DNA from: a virus
Length of the DNA: 39,642 nt
Virus record (IMG/VR): IMGVR_UViG_3300021255_000026
Direction: 5' to 3' (one strand)
Made by a program: the position numbers and the translations under genes. The notes under the pieces were generated by a model. That model was given only the letters and a program-made list of their open reading frames with translations. It had not been told where the DNA came from and ran no database searches. Below are positions 20,369 through 28,051 of this stretch, in pieces (within the stretch, counting starts at the first letter, position 1; each line of letters begins with the position of its first letter).

Positions 20369-22105
20369 ATGGATAAACATTATACGTCAATAACTACAAG
20401 CCGGACACCGAGACCGCGAAGTGAGAGGTTAAGGGAGCAGGGTATAGGTAGCACCAACAGCACCGTTGTATTAAATGCGGAGGCCGGAGGCGGTGAATCC
20501 ACGCCGCAAGGTGACGGCCACACCCACGGCAATTTGTCGTCGCTCGATCAGATCACAACAGACAACACGGGTTACGAATATCTTACGTATCTAAAGCCCG
20601 TTGAGGTTACGGATCCGGAAACCGGCCAAATATCAATCGACTATCAGCGCGTTACGGAAAAGGTAAAAGCCGGTTACGCTGATAAGGCCCACGATCTCGA
20701 TAATGATAGCCCGATTTTCCAAAAGTTTCTTAGCAAGGTACACGACGACGTAGCCGCCGGGCGTATCACTTTCCAACAGGGATTGTTATCTATTGGATTG
20801 GCGGTATTCCGTGGCGAAACACAATTTGGTACTTTTGTAAGATCATTATACGCCGGATCCGGTGCAGGGATCGACGAAAACGGAAACGCCGAGTTTGAGA
20901 GCGTCCGGGTACGTACGTATTTTGAGGCCGTGGAACTGATCATTAACAGGCTTTCGGCGTTGGAGGGCGACCAACTGTTTACAGAGGCCGACACGATCGA
21001 CAGCGTGGAGGATCTGGGGGATGGATCGTACGGATTGCATTTGCACCCGAAATGGAGTGGATATTTCACGGCGCAGGCCGCCGGAAACGTGCTAAAGGGT
21101 ATCGTTAATAATCTGGGCGCGTCGGCGTTGGGAATGAATACCGGCACAAACGCGCAGATGTACACAAGTTGGATGAGGGTTAACAGCGTGGACGCGGCAA
21201 ACAATTATATCGAAGTAAGCCTGTACCCGGACAACCAGACACCGGCCGGCCAAAATTTCCCGCCGTGCGAACTGATGAAGTTTGCCCGTTGGGGTAACGA
21301 TCGAGACACCACCCGCCAAACGTGCTTTTTCCTTTCGAGTACAGAGGGCCGTATTGTTAAGTTGAGAGGCGTAACAAAGCCAATTATCGACGCGACAAAT
21401 TACGGCGCGACAATGGGAGAGTTACCCGATTTCGTGCGATCATTAACAGACGACGCGGGTAATCTGTTACCGATACGCGACGGATTGGATTATATGTATA
21501 TCCCCGGTATTGTAACGATGGATATTATTAGGCTCAACAAATGGACGATGCAGCCGATCGCAACCATCGTGGATCGCGGCGAATGGGAGGCCGACGGCCT
21601 GTATTACTTTAACGCCGTGAATCCGGCAACCGGAGAGTACGAGATTTCCGACGTATGGCACAGAGGTTGCCGGTACAGATGTTGCACCAACCTAACAGAA
21701 TCGGAGCCGTCGATCACAAATACCGATTGGGCGTTTGTTGAGGGCAACCCGGAGTTTGTAGCAGAGTTTACAGAAATGGGCGACGTTATGTTGGATCCCG
21801 ACCGGATCGATCTAACTTTAACGATAGTCGCAAAATACCATAATGAGGACGTAACAAACCAGATCGCGGCCGCCGATGTTACGTGGACACGATACAGCGA
21901 GGACGCGGCCGGCGTTGCCCGTACGGAATCCGATGCAGCGTGGAATATCAGGCGCGGATCGTCCGGTAAGTCGCTTACGTTAACGGCCGACGATATGGAT
22001 TTTAACGGATCGATCCCGCGAAAGATCCGGATAACGGCAACAGTCGTACTTAGAGACGACAGCGATAACGAGATTGCCGGAGCCCGTGCAGTATTTGAGT
22101 ACTAA
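20369..22105 (+). CDS. Tail tip / fibre-like structural protein
   Basis: 578 aa. The GDGHTHGNLSSLD (HxH) motif is common in phage fibre and needle proteins. The call also rests on position. Confidence 0.55.
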   Translation: MDKHYTSITTSRTPRPRSERLREQGIGSTNSTVVLNAEAGGGESTPQGDGHTHGNLSSLDQITTDNTGYEYLTYLKPVEVTDPETGQISIDYQRVTEKVKAGYADKAHDLDNDSPIFQKFLSKVHDDVAAGRITFQQGLLSIGLAVFRGETQFGTFVRSLYAGSGAGIDENGNAEFESVRVRTYFEAVELIINRLSALEGDQLFTEADTIDSVEDLGDGSYGLHLHPKWSGYFTAQAAGNVLKGIVNNLGASALGMNTGTNAQMYTSWMRVNSVDAANNYIEVSLYPDNQTPAGQNFPPCELMKFARWGNDRDTTRQTCFFLSSTEGRIVKLRGVTKPIIDATNYGATMGELPDFVRSLTDDAGNLLPIRDGLDYMYIPGIVTMDIIRLNKWTMQPIATIVDRGEWEADGLYYFNAVNPATGEYEISDVWHRGCRYRCCTNLTESEPSITNTDWAFVEGNPEFVAEFTEMGDVMLDPDRIDLTLTIVAKYHNEDVTNQIAAADVTWTRYSEDAAGVARTESDAAWNIRRGSSGKSLTLTADDMDFNGSIPRKIRITATVVLRDDSDNEIAGARAVFEY

Positions 22106-22116
22106 AAGTTTACGAT

Positions 22117-23277
22117 ATGAAAACAAAGAGATTTGATTTTAATTTCAAGCCGTTGCAGATCAATATCGCAATGTCTGTTGACGGTAGCGTACCGGGTAAG
22201 CAGAATTACAACGCCGACGCGGACGAGTACACACCGGATTACACGGTTACGCCCTGTATCATATTTCCACGCGTTAGCCAGATCGACAAAGACGAGATTT
22301 TTGCCGCCGGATCTGTTAACCACGCGTTGGCAAACGTGAAATGGTACGAGATCGTTAGCGGTGTACGTACAGAGATCCAAGACGCAAACACCAATTACGA
22401 GATCGTAAGGAGTGGCGGATTGGCCGGCCGCATCAAGGTGAAGAAAAACGCGCAGCCCCAATTACCTATTACGTTGGAGTTTAACGCCGATTACACCGAC
22501 ACCAGAACAAACCAGATTATCGCGGTCAAAGAAACGTATATGATCGTTTGCAACAACTCAACAACGTTTATACCAAACTTACTTTTGGATGCAGCCGATC
22601 AGACGATTTATAACCCGTTGAGAGACACGGCCACGCAGACCGTACACGCGTCGTTACGCGTTGGTGATGAAGAGTGCCCGGCAGCCAACAGGCAATTTGT
22701 TTGGGAACTGTTCAGGGAAGATAATACGTGGAGCGCAGTAGGTAGCGACAACGTATTGGATTATCCCGTTACCGTTGCCAATGATGGCGCGAGCGTTACG
22801 ATCGATCGTAGCCTGATGGGCCAAGAATTGTATTTGCGTTGCCGCGCGAAGTACAGCCCGGACGGTACGCCCGCGTCCGTAGCCCTGACAGCCGCGAGCC
22901 CGTCCAAGATCGTTGCGTTTATCCGCCGTATGCCAAAATTTGAGTATGATATAATGGATCTACCCACGAACATACCGGCCGGCCTGTTGGCCGTTGCACC
23001 ACAGGCGAAGATCTGGGACACCGTGGGCCTGATCAGTAACCCGGATCGTGAACTTTTGGCGAAATGGTTTTTGGCCACAAACAGAGCGTCCGGATCTCTT
23101 ACATATCAGCAAGTCGGGCACGGTTTGGCCCCAACGCTGAAAACAAACCTAATGAGCGAGACGTTAGGCGGCGTTTACGGTTTGGACGTAGTGGACGCAG
23201 GGCCGACGGCCTGTTGGGAAGATAGCGACGGCGCGGTATTTGAGGACAGCGACGGGATTTTACTATTAGTTAAATAA
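22117..23277 (+). CDS. Hypothetical tail-module protein
   Basis: A long ORF in the tail gene series. No motif was recognised. Confidence 0.5.
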   Translation: MKTKRFDFNFKPLQINIAMSVDGSVPGKQNYNADADEYTPDYTVTPCIIFPRVSQIDKDEIFAAGSVNHALANVKWYEIVSGVRTEIQDANTNYEIVRSGGLAGRIKVKKNAQPQLPITLEFNADYTDTRTNQIIAVKETYMIVCNNSTTFIPNLLLDAADQTIYNPLRDTATQTVHASLRVGDEECPAANRQFVWELFREDNTWSAVGSDNVLDYPVTVANDGASVTIDRSLMGQELYLRCRAKYSPDGTPASVALTAASPSKIVAFIRRMPKFEYDIMDLPTNIPAGLLAVAPQAKIWDTVGLISNPDRELLAKWFLATNRASGSLTYQQVGHGLAPTLKTNLMSETLGGVYGLDVVDAGPTACWEDSDGAVFEDSDGILLLVK

Positions 23278-23297
23278 AAACATTAAAATTTAGAGTT

Positions 23298-23777
23298 ATG
23301 GCACGTTACATCAAAGCAAACAGAAAAGTTGCAGAATTTTTGCACTTAGAGAGCGACCGAAACACCGTATCAGACGGTAATTATTTACTTTGGCAAGCCG
23401 ATATGTTGGCGTTTGGCCCACTTACGCAGTTGAGCGAAACGTTAGTACAGATCGGAGGTATTGCCCTGTTGGCCCACGAAGCCAAAGAGGAACAGGACGG
23501 AACCGTTTGCCGCCCGTTGCCTGTACCGGCGGATCCACGCTTTATTATCGAGGAACCAGAGCCCAAACAGGAAGCCGAGCCGGTTAACGATCCGGAGGGT
23601 GAGACCACAGAAGAGACAGCCGGCGATCAGTCGGAGAGCGAGACAGGCGACAACGAAAACGGCGGAGAACAGGAAACAATCGAGGCCGGAGACGTTGGCA
23701 ACGCCGAGGATCTTTTAGGCGGCAATCAGCCAGAGGGTGAGACACAGGAAAATAACGAGAACGAAAACGACGAATAA
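23298..23777 (+). CDS. Hypothetical protein with an extremely acidic C-terminal half
   Basis: The C-terminal 90 aa or so are E/D/N/G/T-rich (EEPEPKQEAEPVNDPEGETTEETAGDQSESETGDNENGGEQE...). Confidence 0.5.
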   Translation: MARYIKANRKVAEFLHLESDRNTVSDGNYLLWQADMLAFGPLTQLSETLVQIGGIALLAHEAKEEQDGTVCRPLPVPADPRFIIEEPEPKQEAEPVNDPEGETTEETAGDQSESETGDNENGGEQETIEAGDVGNAEDLLGGNQPEGETQENNENENDE

Positions 23778-23780
23778 ATT

Positions 23781-24830
23781 ATGAATAGTGCAAGTACAAC
23801 CAGAACGATTAAGTTTATCAGTAAGGCCGGAACCTATACGGCCCTGATAATGAGCCCGTCCGGCGATCTGTACCAAGAATGGGAGGGAACGCAGAACGAC
23901 GTAACTAAAATTTTCCCGAATTACGAAAGCGTTAAACCGGTTTTGTACTTCGTTTGTACGTCGAGCCGAGTAGCCGAGGGCGTGGCCACACCGGACGCGA
24001 TCGATTACTATTTCAACGGTACAAAGATAACGTGGAGTGGTGACACGTCAACCGGTACGTTTAACGGAATGTTTAAGAAAGTGGCCCCATCGGGTGACAA
24101 CCTGTATTATGGTATTCAGATCGTTAAAAATCTCGTATCGGCCGCCGGTTTCGCGCCCGCCGTTATTAAGATGGTGGCCACGATCTCGTACGGTACACAG
24201 AGCGACCAGATCCAAGCCGAGTACACAATACCAATACAGCAGGCAACCGGCAGCAGTTACCGCGTTACTATTGCCGCCGGCGATAACAAGAATTTCGTTA
24301 TTACCGAAAAGGGCGGATCCTGTATTTTGCGCGCGTTGGCCTATCAGTCGGGCAGCCAACTTACGGCCGATCTGACGTACCAATGGGAGAAACTTAACGC
24401 CTCAACGTGGACGGTGATCGCAGGCCAGACAGGCGCAACCCTGACAGTCAACGAGGCCGATATTAACACGTACGGGGAGTACAGGTTAACCGTATTCCGT
24501 GGAGGCGCAGAGATCGGTAAGGACATACAAGGCGTTATGGACGCGTCGGATCCTTTCGACATCGATCCACACCCCAACCCCGAAGATGAAGCGATTACAG
24601 AAGATACCAACGGCAACGGTACAGTTACCTATACGCCGGTAGTGGTTAAGCGTGGAACAAGTACACAGGCACTTACGACAACGTTTTACTTTGTCGTCAA
24701 GGACGCGGCCGGCGTTTTCCTCAACAGCCAGAGCGACAGAACAACACCGGTTGCAAGTTACAGCGTTACACGCGCCCATTGTCAGCAGGCAGGCGGCGAC
24801 GTATCGGTTACGATAACATCAGTTGATTAG
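23781..24830 (+). CDS. Hypothetical tail-module protein (beta-rich, possibly Ig-like)
   Basis: ORF in the tail gene series. No diagnostic motif. Confidence 0.5.
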   Translation: MNSASTTRTIKFISKAGTYTALIMSPSGDLYQEWEGTQNDVTKIFPNYESVKPVLYFVCTSSRVAEGVATPDAIDYYFNGTKITWSGDTSTGTFNGMFKKVAPSGDNLYYGIQIVKNLVSAAGFAPAVIKMVATISYGTQSDQIQAEYTIPIQQATGSSYRVTIAAGDNKNFVITEKGGSCILRALAYQSGSQLTADLTYQWEKLNASTWTVIAGQTGATLTVNEADINTYGEYRLTVFRGGAEIGKDIQGVMDASDPFDIDPHPNPEDEAITEDTNGNGTVTYTPVVVKRGTSTQALTTTFYFVVKDAAGVFLNSQSDRTTPVASYSVTRAHCQQAGGDVSVTITSVD

Positions 24831-24833
24831 CGT

Positions 24834-26576
24834 ATGACAGTAGTAACCAGAGTTGTTAAGTATATCCGCAAAGGTACGGGCGTGGCTCGTACCGAAGCGG
24901 AATACGCCGACAGTACAAGCAACACCACGGCCCCGACGACCGGGTGGAACACCGTACCGCCGACGTGGCAAAACGGGCACTATATTTGGCAGAGAATTAA
25001 AACCGTATTCACGGATAATTCCTATACGTATAGTAACGCAGTTTGTATTACCGGCGGTAAAGGCATATCGTCAGTAACGGAGCATTATTTGGCCACGGCT
25101 GCAAGTTCAGGCGTTACCAAAAATACGTCCGGATGGAGTACGACGGTACAAACCGTTACGTCCACAAACAAATATCTTTGGAATTACGAAACCGTAACCT
25201 ATACAGACGGTACAACGTCGGACACCACGCCAACGATCATCGGTACTTACGGCGATAAGGGCGATAAAGGCGATAAGGGAAACAAAGGCGATAAGGGTAA
25301 TACCGGCGACACAGGTAACGGTATCTCTTCGATCACAGAGCATTATTTAGCCACGTCTGCAAGTTCAGGCGTTACCAAAAATACGTCTGGGTGGACTACA
25401 TCGATCCAAAGCGTCACGGCGACAAAAAAGTACCTTTGGAACTACGAAACCGTGACCTATACAGACGGTACAACGTCGGACACCACACCGATTATTATTG
25501 GCGTATATGGTGACAAAGGTGACAAAGGCGATAAGGGCGACAAAGGCGACAAAGGCGATAAGGGCGACAAAGGAGAAAAAGGCCCATCGTTGAGGATCCA
25601 AGATTGGGCCGATTGCCCGACAAGCGCGTATTTCTATGCCGGCAAAGATGGTGAGGCGTACAAAGACGTTGTGATATATAACGGCAATTATTACAGTTGT
25701 ACGCAGACACACAGCAAGCAATCGGGTGTATTGCCCACCAACTCAAATTATTGGGTATTGGGTGATAAGATCGAGTTAGTCGCCACAAACGTACTGTTGG
25801 CCACGTATTCCCTCATTAAGAATTTGGGAGCCGAGGCAATCGAGATGAAAGACAGCAACGGCAACGTTGTATTTTCTGCAAAGAATGGTACGGTAACGTG
25901 TAATACCGGCAATTTCAATAATGTAACTGTGTCCGGTACTCTTTCAGGCGTTACCGGTAGTTTTAAGACGTTAAATTGCGTAAACGCGTCCGGTACTGTT
26001 GTCGGTAAGATCTCGTTTGGTAGTGATGGCAAAATGTGGTTTGAGGGTGATTTGTATAATCAGGGTTACGATAGTACGTTGGGCCGTGGTTATCGCTTTT
26101 ATTCATCCGATATTTGGTGTCGTGGCGGTTTTGGGGCCAGAGAGCGAAACGTTTTATATGTTTTGGGATCGTACGGGTATTATTACACCAAAGGCACGGG
26201 ATCGTCCGGCGTTTACGTATCGTTTACGTCGGCCACGTCGTCAGGTGGAGATACATATTATACGCTCAAATGTTACGGCGATAGTGGCGATTATGCCGGT
26301 TTCCCTGTTGATATGATTATCTTTAAGATAACAGGATCCACAGCGTACCGGTATAACCTAAGTATGGCAGATACACAACGCGTTTTATGTATCAATGCAA
26401 ACGATGATGAGAATAACGTTATAATTTACTCAAATGGTAATCAAGTAACGTGGAACGGCGGAAGCGTCGCAGAGGTAATAAAAGTACCAACCGACTTTAT
26501 GTACCCAACGCCTAACAGTTCGTGGTTAGGCCGTGGTATTCTTATTGGCGCAGTTAGAGATAATAATTGGGGATAA
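24834..26576 (+). CDS. Tail fibre with collagen-like (G-D/N-K)n repeats and a duplicated 86-aa module
   Basis: Two GDKGDKGDKG... tracts are present. The GISS[VI]TEHYLAT..SSGVTKNTSGW...KYLWNYETVTYTDGTTSDTTP module occurs twice. Confidence 0.75.
   Translation: MTVVTRVVKYIRKGTGVARTEAEYADSTSNTTAPTTGWNTVPPTWQNGHYIWQRIKTVFTDNSYTYSNAVCITGGKGISSVTEHYLATAASSGVTKNTSGWSTTVQTVTSTNKYLWNYETVTYTDGTTSDTTPTIIGTYGDKGDKGDKGNKGDKGNTGDTGNGISSITEHYLATSASSGVTKNTSGWTTSIQSVTATKKYLWNYETVTYTDGTTSDTTPIIIGVYGDKGDKGDKGDKGDKGDKGDKGEKGPSLRIQDWADCPTSAYFYAGKDGEAYKDVVIYNGNYYSCTQTHSKQSGVLPTNSNYWVLGDKIELVATNVLLATYSLIKNLGAEAIEMKDSNGNVVFSAKNGTVTCNTGNFNNVTVSGTLSGVTGSFKTLNCVNASGTVVGKISFGSDGKMWFEGDLYNQGYDSTLGRGYRFYSSDIWCRGGFGARERNVLYVLGSYGYYYTKGTGSSGVYVSFTSATSSGGDTYYTLKCYGDSGDYAGFPVDMIIFKITGSTAYRYNLSMADTQRVLCINANDDENNVIIYSNGNQVTWNGGSVAEVIKVPTDFMYPTPNSSWLGRGILIGAVRDNNWG
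25062..25583 (+). repeat. Tandem duplication with a 258-bp period inside the fibre gene, each unit ending in 9-bp GGCGAYAAR repeats
   Basis: Unit 1 starts at 25062 (ggcatatcgtcagtaacggagcattattt) and unit 2 at 25320 (ggtatctcttcgatcacagagcattattt). Identity read by eye is high. Confidence 0.85.
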
Positions 26577-26597
26577 ATTTTTTAAATTCTTAGAGTT

Positions 26598-27365
26598 ATG
26601 ACAAAGCAAACAAAGAAACTGCAAGCCGGATCGTCCAAATCGACGACAACGGTAGCAAACGGCGAGGAATTTGTTAAGGTGAACACCAACGGTTTAGTAA
26701 CCACTATCCCGCTCGCGTACCTGAAAGCCGCCGTTTTGGGCGGTATGGATCTTAACGCAATGGAGGACGGTATATTTATTATGTACCACCGAAAGAGCGA
26801 CAATTTCCCTCTTATGGTTAAGCCCCACAAGTGGACGAGCATACAGGCAGGCGGCGAAGTGGCCGACGGCGTGGTGATCGTTGAGGGCGGTAAGATGTTG
26901 GTTGTAGCACCCACACAGACCGCGTTAACGTGGAGTAGCGCAGCAGTAAGCGGCGGCGGTACGACAACAGGCGATCGCGTAACAGCGTTTAACGATTTCA
27001 ACGGTAAGCAGAACACAGCAAGCCAGATAACGCACGCCGAATGTAACAGCGCGTCGTACGCGCCCGGCTATTGTGCGCAGTACAGCCGTACCAACGCCAA
27101 CGGTTACGGCCTGACAGCCGGCAAATGGTGGTTGCCCTCAATGGGTGAAATGATGATGATATACGCCAATATGACAAAAGTCAATTACGCGTTATCCCTG
27201 ATCACCGGTGCAACGCCGTTGGAAGAGAATTGGTATTGGACAAGTACCGAGTACTCCGCGGCGTACGCGTGGTATCTGTACCTCATCAGTGGCATCGCCA
27301 GCTACTACGGCGCTAAGGCGGCGGGCACGTACAGAGTTAGGCCGGTGTCAGCGTTTATTGCTTAG
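26598..27365 (+). CDS. DGR target protein, C-type-lectin-fold / DUF1566-like variable protein, last gene of the tail module
   Basis: The C terminus GKWWLPSMGEMMMIY...NWYWTSTEY...YRVRPVSAF resembles DUF1566/CLec DGR targets. The last 109 nt before the final 11 nt form the VR. Confidence 0.85.
   Translation: MTKQTKKLQAGSSKSTTTVANGEEFVKVNTNGLVTTIPLAYLKAAVLGGMDLNAMEDGIFIMYHRKSDNFPLMVKPHKWTSIQAGGEVADGVVIVEGGKMLVVAPTQTALTWSSAAVSGGGTTTGDRVTAFNDFNGKQNTASQITHAECNSASYAPGYCAQYSRTNANGYGLTAGKWWLPSMGEMMMIYANMTKVNYALSLITGATPLEENWYWTSTEYSAAYAWYLYLISGIASYYGAKAAGTYRVRPVSAFIA
27246..27354 (+). repeat. DGR variable repeat (VR)
   Basis: It aligns to 27913-28018. There are 17 substitutions, all opposite TR adenines, plus one extra codon. 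The invariant 3-prime segment is agagttaggccggtgtcagcgt. Confidence 0.9.
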
Positions 27366-27391
27366 TAATTAATGTTTAATATTTAATCATT

Positions 27392-27411
27392 GGTACGGCG
27401 AAAGCCGTACC
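27392..27411 (+). promoter_or_regulatory. Hairpin downstream of the VR (8-bp GC-rich stem, GAAA loop), candidate DGR target-recognition element and/or terminator
   Basis: The sequence is ggtacggc-gaaa-gccgtacc, 26 nt after the target gene stop codon. No equivalent follows the TR. Confidence 0.55.
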
Positions 27412-27429
27412 TTTACCGAAGATCCGGAA

Positions 27430-27792
27430 ATGGCAGAAAACAAAATCAAATTGGTATCAAACGCCCCGTTGTATTTGGACGTACGAAAGTTGTTAGGTGA
27501 GATATTGGACGTAACGCCGGAATTTCCCCGGCAGTATAAGTTTAGTATCGGATCCAAGATGCACGAATTAACCGTGGATCTGTTGCAACACGTCGCGGCG
27601 GCCTATATGGATCGGCCCAACAGGGACAGACACCTAACGGAATTTAAGGCCAAATTTGAGACGCTTAAAACCTTAGTCCGGATCGCCGGCGAAAGAAGAT
27701 GGATAAAAGGATTGGGGCGGCACGCGCAGATCATAGAGTTAATGGACACGATCGGCAAACAAAGTACAGCGTGGAAAAACTCGCCTAAGTAG
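27430..27792 (+). CDS. avd: Avd-like accessory variability determinant (four-helix-bundle protein)
   Basis: 120 aa, basic and predicted helical. It lies between the VR and the TR, as avd does in Bordetella phage BPP-1. Confidence 0.75.
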   Translation: MAENKIKLVSNAPLYLDVRKLLGEILDVTPEFPRQYKFSIGSKMHELTVDLLQHVAAAYMDRPNRDRHLTEFKAKFETLKTLVRIAGERRWIKGLGRHAQIIELMDTIGKQSTAWKNSPK

Positions 27793-27912
27793 CGAGAAAG
27801 CCAGAATCGGATCGGTTACGACTGACCGAGAGCGCAGTTTTCCGTAATAAACGGGGCCTGTACCGTCATTCACGGTTAAGAGTAAGATAATCAGGCCACA
27901 GATTGCGAGCCA

Positions 27913-28018
27913 ACCGAGAACTCCGCGACGAACGCGTGGAATCTGAACCTCAACAATGGCAACGCCAACAACAACACTAAGGCAACGAACACGAACAGAG
28001 TTAGGCCGGTGTCAGCGT
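27913..28018 (+). repeat. DGR template repeat (TR)
   Basis: Adenine-rich, with many AAC/AAT codons in the VR frame (TENSATNAWNLNLNNGNANNNTKATNTNRVRPVSA). It lies immediately upstream of the RT gene. Confidence 0.9.
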
Positions 28019-28051
28019 ATCTTACGGGAACGAAACGAAGTATATAAAAAT

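Noticed and set aside
25240-25580. Short tandem 9-bp repeats (GGCGAYAAR) that look like a repeat array
   Set aside because: This is not a CRISPR array or a non-coding VNTR. The repeats are in frame and encode Gly-X-Y collagen-like triplets within the fibre gene, with no spacers.
18039-26576. Search for a second DGR variable repeat in other tail or fibre gene C termini
   Set aside because: I found no other copy of the invariant 3-prime segment (gttaggccggtgtcagcg) or of the TR-like core by eye. Only one VR is supported. A computational TR scan of the whole window would be needed to exclude diverged or remote VRs.
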